Positions 1 to 7,939 of a DNA stretch of 64,000 nucleotides are shown piece by piece. The stretch is from a virus. Under the pieces are notes generated by a model that made no database searches, was not told where the DNA came from, and saw nothing but the letters and a program-made list of their open reading frames with translations. The stretch lies in the IMG/VR virus record IMGVR_UViG_3300018426_001942, positions 64,001-128,000 of that record; one strand, 5' to 3'. Positions within the stretch are counted from its first letter, which is position 1. Each line of letters starts with the position of its first letter. A program made the position numbers and the translations under genes.

Positions 1-93
1 CCAGGTGTTTGGTGTCATAGTTTACACGATCTGTTAGATAGAGAAAAATTTACAGATTGGAGCAAATATGGACTTGACAAAGTTATTGAATGA
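1..93 (+). CDS. 3' end of a hypothetical protein (partial, truncated by window start)
   Basis: Frame 1 is open from base 1: PGVWCHSLHDLLDREKFTDWSKYGLDKVIE, stop TGA at 91-93. Confidence 0.7.
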   Translation, partial: PGVWCHSLHDLLDREKFTDWSKYGLDKVIE

Positions 94-102
94 AAGTATT
101 AT
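74..102 (+). promoter_or_regulatory. sigma70-type early promoter
   Basis: TTGACA (74-79), N17, TATTAT (97-102); ATG at 110 lies 7 nt downstream. Confidence 0.75.
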
Positions 103-109
103 ATAAACA

Positions 110-562
110 ATGCAACGAGAATCCTATCACGACTACATGGGTCGTAGATTAAGAGAAGAAAGTATGAATGACAGAATAAAAAATGCAGAACGTAGTATTT
201 GGGTAACCTTTTCAAAAGAAGGTGTACATATGTACCCAGGTGCTGACACTGACCCTAAATTAGCAACTGGCGATTGGGATGATGTAAGTTTCCTCGGTGT
301 TCCACATCGTCATATTTTTCATTTTCGTGTTCGTATTGAAGTATTTCATAACGACCGCGACATTGAATTCATTCAGTTTAAACGCTGGATGCAACGACTC
401 TATGACGTCGAAGGCGTACTAGAGTTAAATCACAAGAGCTGTGAGATGATCGCAGATGACTTGTACCAAGAGATTTCTACAAAGTATCCCGGCCGGTTTG
501 TAGAGATTAGTGTCGCTGAAGACAACGAAAACGGCTGTTCCATTTTTTACCCTAAGAGCTAG
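110..562 (+). CDS. dpdL: QueD/PTPS-family T-fold paralogue, DpdL-like (putative 7-carboxy-7-deazaguanine decarboxylase)
   Basis: FLGVPHRHIF = LxxxHRHxF in place of the QueD CxxxHGH; also SCEMIA and C-terminal V-x-ED-x-EN typical of T-fold PTPS proteins; folE/queE nearby. Start may be 110 or 164. Confidence 0.6.
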   Translation: MQRESYHDYMGRRLREESMNDRIKNAERSIWVTFSKEGVHMYPGADTDPKLATGDWDDVSFLGVPHRHIFHFRVRIEVFHNDRDIEFIQFKRWMQRLYDVEGVLELNHKSCEMIADDLYQEISTKYPGRFVEISVAEDNENGCSIFYPKS

Positions 563-584
563 TGAGACAAAAGGAAAACACACT

Positions 585-815
585 ATGGCTATTCAATTCA
601 ATAAGCCCGCTTATGACAAAATCTTTAGAGATTTGGAAAACTTTAAAGATTTCTGTAGATTTACTGGTGATGCAAAAAATGTTGCATTTGTCTTTGATGA
701 AAAAAATTTATATGACGAAAAGTCATATGCATGGAGAGCTTATCAACGGCACGTGAATCATTTAAAAGCAAAAAGCCGCAAACTTGGTAAGAGTGTTAAC
801 CAAAGGAGAAACTAA
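585..815 (+). CDS. hypothetical protein (basic C-terminus)
   Basis: ORF 510-815; likely start ATG 585 after AAGGA; stop overlaps next ATG (TAATG). Confidence 0.7.
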   Translation: MAIQFNKPAYDKIFRDLENFKDFCRFTGDAKNVAFVFDEKNLYDEKSYAWRAYQRHVNHLKAKSRKLGKSVNQRRN

Positions 816-1861
816 TGACTGTATACATTGTAGACATTGAAGCTGTAGACACACGTTATACTAAACAGTGGAAGGAACATCTTCCTAATCAGCTTCGTCG
901 TGCTACAAATGTAAGTGTCGAAGTTATCAGTGGTGGAGAAACGCCTCAGGCTACAACGCCTGGGGCATTTCTAAACTTTGGCGGTACTAATGTGTATAAG
1001 AGTAAACAACTCGAGCAGATTGGTGAAATGTTTTGCAAAGGTAAAATTAAAAATGGAGATTATTTCTTATATACGGATGCGTGGAATCCAACTGTTATCC
1101 AACTTAAATACATGGCTGAGCTCTTGGGCGTGGACATTAGAGTCGGTGGCTTATGGCATGCTGGTTCTTATGATCCTCACGATTTCTTGGGTAGGTTAAT
1201 TGGTGATAAACCTTGGGTACGTCATGCAGAGCAATCAATGTACGAATGCTTTGATGATAACTTTTATGCAAGTGATTTTCATATAGATCTTTTTGCTGAA
1301 AGTTTAGATATTAATGACAGCAAAACACACCGTGTTGGTTGGCCTATGGAGTATCTAAAGAACAGTTTAGATAGTTATAAAGGTATGGAGAAGCAAAATC
1401 TTATACTTTTCCCGCATCGTATTGCTCCCGAGAAGCAAGTAGAAATTTTCCATGATCTAAAAACCCAACTTCCAGAATACGAATTTGTTGTATGTCAAGA
1501 ACAGACACTTACTAAAAATGATTATCATAATTTGCTAGGTGAAGCAAAAATGGTGTTCAGTGCTAACTTACAAGAAACACTTGGCATTAGTTGGTATGAA
1601 GGTGCTCTTGTAGATGCTATTCCTATGGTGCCTGATAGACTGAGCTACAGTGAAATGGCACTAGGTGAGTTTAAGTATCCAAGTGAATGGACTGAAGATT
1701 ACTTTGCTTATAGAAAGTACAGAGGTTTGCTAGTTGATAAGATTCGTCATTACATGGAAAACTACAACGATTATCTTGTAAGTTTAGAAAAACAAAGAAG
1801 AAAACTTAATAAAGAGTTTTTCTCAGGTGAAGCAATTTATAATAGGATTAAACATGGCTAG
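815..1861 (+). CDS. GT-B fold glycosyltransferase (family 1/4-like)
   Basis: 348 aa; FPHRIAPEK, and ETLGISWYE (E-x7-E) followed by PMVPDRLSYSE typical of GT-B C-terminal domains. Confidence 0.75.
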   Translation: MTVYIVDIEAVDTRYTKQWKEHLPNQLRRATNVSVEVISGGETPQATTPGAFLNFGGTNVYKSKQLEQIGEMFCKGKIKNGDYFLYTDAWNPTVIQLKYMAELLGVDIRVGGLWHAGSYDPHDFLGRLIGDKPWVRHAEQSMYECFDDNFYASDFHIDLFAESLDINDSKTHRVGWPMEYLKNSLDSYKGMEKQNLILFPHRIAPEKQVEIFHDLKTQLPEYEFVVCQEQTLTKNDYHNLLGEAKMVFSANLQETLGISWYEGALVDAIPMVPDRLSYSEMALGEFKYPSEWTEDYFAYRKYRGLLVDKIRHYMENYNDYLVSLEKQRRKLNKEFFSGEAIYNRIKHG

Positions 1862-2192
1862 TAATGATCAATACACTGATAACACATTTAGTTTTACATT
1901 AGATGCAAACAGTTTATTTACTTCTTCAGCTGATTCAACTATAACAATTAACACAACAGCTGATACAACATATACGTATGATACAGACTCAAGCACATAT
2001 TCATTTAATTTAGATAACATTACAACTAGTTGGGATAGTAATAGTATTTCACCTAGTGAAGTTGAAAGAATGTGCATGCAATATCCTGCATTAGAAAAGG
2101 TATGGCGTAACTTCAAAAGTGTTTACGATATGTGTAAGCAGGATTACGAAGGCAAGAAAAAGTCAGGAGAAGTAGATGACCTTCCTTTCTAA
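1854..2192 (+). CDS. hypothetical protein, Thr/Ser-rich N-terminus
   Basis: Probable start ATG 1854 after AGGA; low-complexity T/S/D region, then helical YPALEKVWRNFKSVY segment. Confidence 0.7.
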   Translation: MASNDQYTDNTFSFTLDANSLFTSSADSTITINTTADTTYTYDTDSSTYSFNLDNITTSWDSNSISPSEVERMCMQYPALEKVWRNFKSVYDMCKQDYEGKKKSGEVDDLPF

Positions 2193-2655
2193 GATTATGG
2201 ACAAACTCGGTAGACGTCGAGTAATTACAGATAGAGACAGTAATGAACCTTACTTGATTAGATTTTATTTGTTTCTTAAGGACAGAAAAAACTTTCCTTT
2301 TAATATAACATTACATAAAGTTTTAAAAAGCGATGAAAAAGTTTTACACGATCATCCATGGAACTATGCAACATTTATTATTAAAGGTGGTTATTGGGAG
2401 CATATTCCTATTCGATCTCAAGAAGGTTTTGTAGTAGGTGCAACTCGAGTTTGGAGAGGACCTGGACACTTTCGTTTTAGAAAAGCAGATGATCTACATT
2501 GGCTTGAACTTGAAAAAGATGAGAACGGAAATGAAATACCTTGTTGGAGTTTATTCTACATGGGCAAGAAAGCACAAGATTGGGGCTTTCTTCCTTTTGT
2601 AGCAACACAAGGTTACAGATGGGTAAACCATAAAAAATATTTATATAAGGAGTAA
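2176..2655 (+). CDS. cupin-fold protein
   Basis: LHDHPW...GGYWEH...HWLEL metal-binding cupin pattern. Confidence 0.65.
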   Translation: MTFLSKIMDKLGRRRVITDRDSNEPYLIRFYLFLKDRKNFPFNITLHKVLKSDEKVLHDHPWNYATFIIKGGYWEHIPIRSQEGFVVGATRVWRGPGHFRFRKADDLHWLELEKDENGNEIPCWSLFYMGKKAQDWGFLPFVATQGYRWVNHKKYLYKE

Positions 2656-2656
2656 T

Positions 2657-2929
2657 ATGGGCCAGTATGATGATTTAGTAGAAAGGAGACGTTTACAACT
2701 AGCTGCAGAGGAATGGGCTAACACTGTAAAAGCAATTCATGCACATAGAATAGATTCTATGCATTACGATAATTTTCCTGAAGATACAGAAAACGGAAGT
2801 GTTATTGATATTGAATATAACAGTGGACTAATACATCGTACATGTTCAGATGGAAGAAAAAGAGTTCTTGGAAGCAAGATAAAAACTGAAGAATTACTAC
2901 AAAATTATGAGAGGTCACAGCGTGGTTAA
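2657..2929 (+). CDS. hypothetical protein
   Basis: 90-aa ORF, AAGGAG SD, abuts neighbours. Confidence 0.7.
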   Translation: MGQYDDLVERRRLQLAAEEWANTVKAIHAHRIDSMHYDNFPEDTENGSVIDIEYNSGLIHRTCSDGRKRVLGSKIKTEELLQNYERSQRG

Positions 2930-3479
2930 AAAACAGTATTATGATTGGGCAGATATTGAACGTGCATGTTTAAGTATTGCATTGCAAATGTACAATGACA
3001 ATTGGAAGCCTGATTACATCGTAGGCATTACACGTGGCGGCAATATTCCCGCTACTATATTATCACATATGTTAGGTATACGTTGCGAAGCACTTAAAGT
3101 TAGTTTGCGTGACGATGATAGCGAATGCGAATCTAACTGTTGGATGAGTGAAGATGCATTTGGTTATGTAGATGAAGAAGAACGTAAAATTCTTAAAAGT
3201 CGTTGGGACTTAAACAAACGTAAAAACATTCTTATTGTAGACGACATCAATGACACAGGTGCAACATTAAATTGGATCAAACAAGATTGGATGAGTAGTT
3301 GTCTACCGCAAGAAACAAGTGGATGGGATAGTGTATGGCATCGTAATGTTCGATTTGCGGTTATTACTGATAATCTTTCTAGTGAGTTTAAGGGCACAGT
3401 AGACTACAGTGTACACGAAGTTAATAAAGCAGAAGAAGATGTTTGGCTAGTTTATCCGTGGGAGAATGTAGGACAATGA
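2922..3479 (+). CDS. type I phosphoribosyltransferase (xanthine/guanine PRT-like)
   Basis: IVGITRGG, PRPP-binding ILIVDDINDTGAT, C-terminal WLVYPWE; probable GTG start 2922 after GAGG. Confidence 0.85.
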   Translation: MVKKQYYDWADIERACLSIALQMYNDNWKPDYIVGITRGGNIPATILSHMLGIRCEALKVSLRDDDSECESNCWMSEDAFGYVDEEERKILKSRWDLNKRKNILIVDDINDTGATLNWIKQDWMSSCLPQETSGWDSVWHRNVRFAVITDNLSSEFKGTVDYSVHEVNKAEEDVWLVYPWENVGQ

Positions 3480-3853
3480 AAGTAGATAACTTAGAACTAG
3501 CACAACAAGAAAATAGAGCACCATGGTCTACTGTTTCTTTAAACACAAGAGACTTTGTTGTTTATGAAGATGGGTTTCCTGTTACAGACGGGCATACTCT
3601 TGTTGTACCTAAGGAATCTACAGAAGAAAATTTACTAAAATGTTTTAAGTTTGCACTTGCTATGGGACAACAAAATGTAGAAGCCAGTAATAACATTACA
3701 GGGTTCAACATTGGTCTAAATATAGGTACTAGTGCAGGACAAACATGCATGTATCCACACGTACATTTAATATTCCGTAGAGATGGGGATTGTCCGGACC
3801 CTGTTGGTGGTGTACGTAATGTAATACCGGGCAAAGGCAACTACAAAAAATAA
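3476..3853 (+). CDS. HIT-family nucleotide hydrolase
   Basis: FPVTDGHTLVVPK, GFNIGLN, AGQTCMYPHVHLI (first triad His replaced by Tyr); start ATG 3476 overlaps the previous stop. Confidence 0.85.
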   Translation: MKVDNLELAQQENRAPWSTVSLNTRDFVVYEDGFPVTDGHTLVVPKESTEENLLKCFKFALAMGQQNVEASNNITGFNIGLNIGTSAGQTCMYPHVHLIFRRDGDCPDPVGGVRNVIPGKGNYKK

Positions 3854-3863
3854 GGAAAGGAAA

Positions 3864-4070
3864 ATGGAGTTGAGAGAAAACTTAATTAATGCGGCAAAGA
3901 AACACGCAGAGGCGGAGATTGAATTGCACAAAACTAACATTGAAGTCTATATGCAAAAAGTAGTAGGCATCGGCGAACACTCTGATATTGTTGAAACGAT
4001 ACAGAAAGAACTAGATGCAATGGCTACGGCAAATGACCGTTTAGAAATGTTGGAAAAGTATTTTGGTTAA
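3864..4070 (+). CDS. small helical hypothetical protein
   Basis: 68 aa, AAGGA SD, VGIGEHSDI motif. Confidence 0.75.
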   Translation: MELRENLINAAKKHAEAEIELHKTNIEVYMQKVVGIGEHSDIVETIQKELDAMATANDRLEMLEKYFG

Positions 4071-4087
4071 AACCATAGATAATATAC

Positions 4088-4116
4088 TTGACAAAAACCT
4101 AAATAAAGTATATAAT
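4088..4116 (+). promoter_or_regulatory. consensus sigma70 promoter for folE-queE, with TAAATA in the spacer
   Basis: TTGACA (4088-4093), N17, TATAAT (4111-4116); TAAATA at 4100-4105. Confidence 0.9.
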
Positions 4117-4158
4117 ATACAATTAATAGACATCCTCGTCTATAACTCGGAGAATTAA

Positions 4159-4848
4159 ATGAGCAAAAGTAAAGAATTAACTGTACGTCTTAAAGATGCT
4201 GGTATCCGCTATTGGGCAGGTGACAACATTTCAGAAGTATTTCAGAAAGGCGACAAAGAAGAACTTATTGAAGAAGCAACTGTAGCATTTGAAAATGTTT
4301 TAGATACGTTGCTAATTGATAGACATAACGATCCTAATTCACAAGGTACAGCAAGACGTCTTGCTAAAATGTACTTTAATGAACTAATGGCTGGACGTTA
4401 TGATACTATTCCTAGTGCAACAGCGTTTCCGAACGATAGCGATGAACGCTACGAAGGTATGCTAGTTGTACGTAGCGAACTTAAAAGTGTATGTTCGCAT
4501 CATCATCAACCAGTAAGCGGTGTAGCGTATATTGGTATTATTGCAAGTGCAAAACTTATCGGTCTTTCAAAGTATACACGTATTGCACAGTGGTGTGCTA
4601 GACGTGGTACACTACAAGAAGAACTTGCAAATGAAATTGCAAAACAAATTCAACTTGCAACTAATGCAGATCACTTAGGTGTTTATATTCAAGCAACACA
4701 CGGTTGTTGTGAGAATAGAGGCATAATGGCAACTAGTTCATTGACACAGACTACTGTACTAAAAGGTGCATTTAAGAATGATCCTGGTACAAAGAAAGAG
4801 TTCTTTGACAATATTAAATTACAACAAGAATTTAGTTGTGGAAAGTAG
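4159..4848 (+). CDS. folE: GTP cyclohydrolase I
   Basis: SVCSHHHQP, IGLSKYTR, LQEEL, HGCCENRG Zn-binding and catalytic motifs. Confidence 0.95.
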   Translation: MSKSKELTVRLKDAGIRYWAGDNISEVFQKGDKEELIEEATVAFENVLDTLLIDRHNDPNSQGTARRLAKMYFNELMAGRYDTIPSATAFPNDSDERYEGMLVVRSELKSVCSHHHQPVSGVAYIGIIASAKLIGLSKYTRIAQWCARRGTLQEELANEIAKQIQLATNADHLGVYIQATHGCCENRGIMATSSLTQTTVLKGAFKNDPGTKKEFFDNIKLQQEFSCGK

Positions 4849-4854
4849 GTAGAT

Positions 4855-5739
4855 ATGAAACTACGTTATTCAGAAGCATTTTATAGTGTACAAGGTGAAG
4901 GAAAGTTTGTAGGAGTACCTAGTGTGTTCCTACGTACATTTGGTTGTAACTTTCGTTGTATGAACTTTGGATTAGAACGTGGAACACCTGCAAGAGCAGA
5001 TGGTGTAAAACATAATCCAGAAGTAAAAAAATTACTAGATAGTAATATTATCAACACTGTTGAAAAGTTTGAGGACTTGCCTGTAATACATACAGGTTGT
5101 GATACATATGCAAGTATCTATCCTGAGTTTAAAAAGTTTATGATGGATAGAACTGTAGATGAAGTTGTTGAACATTTATTGTCACTTACTCCAGAAGGCA
5201 AGTGGACAATGGACAATGGACAAGATATCCATTTAATATTTACAGGCGGCGAGCCTTTGTTAGGATGGCAAAGGTTTTATGCTGATTTATTAGAACATCC
5301 ACGTATGCAGGATTTGAAAAATGTTACATTTGAAACAAACACTACACAAAACTTACGAGACGATTTCAAAGAGTATCTCAGCAATCAAGACAGATTTAGA
5401 GTTACTTGGAGTTGTTCCCCAAAACTTTCAGTTAGCGGAGAACGCTGGGAAGATGCTATTAAGCCTGATATTGCTAGTCAGTATATCGATGTTGACGGTA
5501 GTGACCTTTACTTTAAGTTTGTTGTCGCTGACGAAACTGATGTTATTGAAGCTGGCAGGGCTGTGGAGAGTTATAGAAACGCCGGGGTGGAATGTCCGGT
5601 ATATCTTATGCCGCTGGGTGGAAGGAGCGAAGAATACAAGCTCAACATTCAAGAAGTGGCTGAACTCTGTATGGAAAAAGGATGGCGCTTCACTCCAAGA
5701 CTCCACATCGACTTATTCGGAAATGCGTGGGGGACTTGA
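4855..5739 (+). CDS. queE: 7-carboxy-7-deazaguanine synthase (radical SAM)
   Basis: EAFYSVQGEG, FLRTFGCNFRC...GCDT, TGGEP, FETN, SPKL, C-terminal RLH. Confidence 0.92.
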   Translation: MKLRYSEAFYSVQGEGKFVGVPSVFLRTFGCNFRCMNFGLERGTPARADGVKHNPEVKKLLDSNIINTVEKFEDLPVIHTGCDTYASIYPEFKKFMMDRTVDEVVEHLLSLTPEGKWTMDNGQDIHLIFTGGEPLLGWQRFYADLLEHPRMQDLKNVTFETNTTQNLRDDFKEYLSNQDRFRVTWSCSPKLSVSGERWEDAIKPDIASQYIDVDGSDLYFKFVVADETDVIEAGRAVESYRNAGVECPVYLMPLGGRSEEYKLNIQEVAELCMEKGWRFTPRLHIDLFGNAWGT

Positions 5740-5842
5740 GAATGCTTTTGATCCAGATGATTTTATTAAACAAGAACAGCGTGAGCGTAAAGTGGAAAAA
5801 GTAAACGACTTAGAAACTCGTGCTAGGGAGGCAGGACTATAA
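5723..5842 (+). CDS. small hypothetical protein (39 aa; frame is open much further upstream, overlapping queE)
   Basis: MRGGLENAFDPDDFIKQEQRERKVEKVNDLETRAREAGL fills the gap between queE and the next gene; TAATG junction at 5840-5844. Confidence 0.5.
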   Translation: MRGGLENAFDPDDFIKQEQRERKVEKVNDLETRAREAGL

Positions 5843-6237
5843 TGGGATGGTGGAAAAAATTAATACGTGATGCAGGTATACAATCTAAAATTGATACACC
5901 TGTTGAAGAAAAGACCCCTGAAGATATACGTAGGGCGGCACTGGAAGAAGAAAAGGCACAGGCTACAAAAAAAGGAGAGCCTTGGGTAGCGGTACTAGAT
6001 ACGCAAGTTAATCCTGATAACATTCGAAACGGTTTCTTTGAACTTGATTGGAACAATGAGTTTATTGAACAGTTACTTGATGCAGGATACAAAGGAGAAA
6101 CAAATGAGCAAATTGTTGATCAATGGTTTCAATCTTTAGTGCGACAAATGCTAGGCGAAGAAGGCCAAAGCACTGATAGAGATATGGGCTATATTAATGT
6201 AGTTCCTATTGATAAAGGAAAGTCAGAGGTGTCATAA
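5842..6237 (+). CDS. hypothetical protein
   Basis: 131 aa; GEPWVAVL, GFFELDWN; TAATG translational coupling on both sides. Confidence 0.8.
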   Translation: MGWWKKLIRDAGIQSKIDTPVEEKTPEDIRRAALEEEKAQATKKGEPWVAVLDTQVNPDNIRNGFFELDWNNEFIEQLLDAGYKGETNEQIVDQWFQSLVRQMLGEEGQSTDRDMGYINVVPIDKGKSEVS

Positions 6238-6569
6238 TGTTATACAACATAGACGATATTGGTGGAAAATTAGTAAAAGATAATGAGCAATATCAACTAT
6301 TTGATAACACTAGTTTAAAAAATCTTGTAGTAAGTAAAACTAAATTACGAGCAGGTCAGTCTACTAACGGTCATAGACATGCTGGTCAAGAAGAAGTATA
6401 CATCTTTACAAAAGGTCAAGGACAAATGGAACTTGATCATAAAATATTTGATGTAAAAGAGGGAGACGTTGTTTTAATAGAAGACAATGTATTTCATAAA
6501 GTCTATAATACAGATGGACCATTTTGGTTAGAATTTATTTGTGTGTTTGATGGGAAACGCTATGCGTGA
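6237..6569 (+). CDS. cupin-2 domain protein
   Basis: GHRHAGQEEVYIF...GDVVLI...FHKVYN. Confidence 0.85.
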   Translation: MLYNIDDIGGKLVKDNEQYQLFDNTSLKNLVVSKTKLRAGQSTNGHRHAGQEEVYIFTKGQGQMELDHKIFDVKEGDVVLIEDNVFHKVYNTDGPFWLEFICVFDGKRYA

Positions 6570-6969
6570 TGATTTAATGGTGCAACAGCAAGTATCTACT
6601 GTATGGCAACATATGGTAGGTGTTATTTGTTTAAATCAAACAAACCGTAAACAAGTAAAAAGAGTTCTTCCTGCTCTCTTTACAGCATGTCCTACTCCAA
6701 TACATTTACTTAATACTACTTCTGAAACAATAAAAAATATTATTAAACCGTTAGGTATGGTAAATGTTCGTGAAAAAAGACTACGTAAGATGTCAGAAGA
6801 TTACTTGACATGGGACGGAAATGATGCTACAATGTTATATGGAATTGGGAAATACGGTAGTGACAGTTATCGATTGTTTTACAAAAATGAGATACCTGAC
6901 AACATCAGCGACCATGAATTGAAACGTTATGTACAGGAAGAACTAAATGGCAACTTATATACTAGTTGA
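6562..6969 (+). CDS. MBD4-like HhH DNA glycosylase
   Basis: WQHMVGVICLNQT, KPLGM, LYGIGKYGSDSYRLF (HhH plus catalytic Asp), DHELKRY; probable start 6562. Confidence 0.8.
   Translation: MRDDLMVQQQVSTVWQHMVGVICLNQTNRKQVKRVLPALFTACPTPIHLLNTTSETIKNIIKPLGMVNVREKRLRKMSEDYLTWDGNDATMLYGIGKYGSDSYRLFYKNEIPDNISDHELKRYVQEELNGNLYTS
6805..6833 (+). promoter_or_regulatory. internal sigma70 promoter (inside the glycosylase gene) upstream of the exonuclease gene
   Basis: TTGACA (6805-6810), N17, TACAAT (6828-6833) with extended -10 TG at 6825-6826. Confidence 0.6.
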
Positions 6970-7939
6970 TACAGCAAATACTTTCTTTAGAGCTCGTCAT
7001 GTAGTACGTGGCGATGTAGATACTAAAGTCGGTATGGCTTTACACATTACTTTTAATAGTGTTAAGAAAGCGTGGCAAGACTTTGATGCAGATCATGTTG
7101 TATTCTGCTTAGAAGGTCGCAGCTGGCGTAAGGACTTTTACGAGCCTTACAAGCGTAACCGTCAAGAAACTCGCGATGCTATGTCTCCTGTACAAGCAGA
7201 AGAAGATAAAGTGTTTTGGGAAATCTTTGACGAGTTTAAAAACTTTGTTAGTGAAAAGACAAACTGTACTGTTATGCAACATCCGCAACTAGAAGCAGAT
7301 GATCTTATTGCAGGTTGGGTACAGAATCACCCTAACGATAATCATATTATTGTTAGTACAGATGGCGACTTTGCACAACTAATTGCACCTAACGTAAAGC
7401 AATACAATGGTGTAAGCAACACTATTATTACACACGAAGGGTACTTTGATGACAAGAAGCGACAGCCTGTTATAGACAAGAAAACAGGCGAGCCGAAGCC
7501 TGCACCTGATCCTGCATTTATGTTATTTGAAAAGTGTATGCGTGGAGATACAAGTGATAATGTGTTTAGTGCTTATCCAGGTGTACGCAAAAAAGGCACT
7601 AAGAATAAAGTCGGACTTATTGAAGCATTTGAAGATAAGGCTACAAAAGGTTACAACTGGAATAACATGATGTTACAACGTTGGGTAGATCATGAAGGTG
7701 TTGAACATCGTGTGCTAGATGACTATAATCGTAATGTTACATTATGTGACTTGACAGCACAACCTAACGATATAAGAGTAATGATTAATGATGTAATTAA
7801 CAATGCAACAGAAAATCCTAAGAACATATCACAAGTAGGTGTACGTCTTATGAAGTTCTGTGCTAAATGGGATATGCAACGAATAGCTGATCAAGTTAGT
7901 TATTTCGCAGAACCATTACAAGCGAGGTATCCTCAATGA
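6947..7939 (+). CDS. rnh: 5'-3' exonuclease / T4 RNase H-like flap nuclease
   Basis: ILVDTAN, WRKDFYEPYKRNR, LEADDLIA, VSTDGDFAQL, RGDTSDNV. Confidence 0.88.
   Translation: MATYILVDTANTFFRARHVVRGDVDTKVGMALHITFNSVKKAWQDFDADHVVFCLEGRSWRKDFYEPYKRNRQETRDAMSPVQAEEDKVFWEIFDEFKNFVSEKTNCTVMQHPQLEADDLIAGWVQNHPNDNHIIVSTDGDFAQLIAPNVKQYNGVSNTIITHEGYFDDKKRQPVIDKKTGEPKPAPDPAFMLFEKCMRGDTSDNVFSAYPGVRKKGTKNKVGLIEAFEDKATKGYNWNNMMLQRWVDHEGVEHRVLDDYNRNVTLCDLTAQPNDIRVMINDVINNATENPKNISQVGVRLMKFCAKWDMQRIADQVSYFAEPLQARYPQ

Noticed and set aside
110-562. Canonical QueD (6-carboxytetrahydropterin synthase)
   Set aside because: Lacks the catalytic Cys of CxxxHGH and has LxxxHRHxF instead; called a DpdL-like paralogue, although QueD activity cannot be excluded
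4123-4158. Canonical preQ1-I or THF-II riboswitch call
   Set aside because: Too short and does not match the consensus as I recall it; kept only as a candidate novel element
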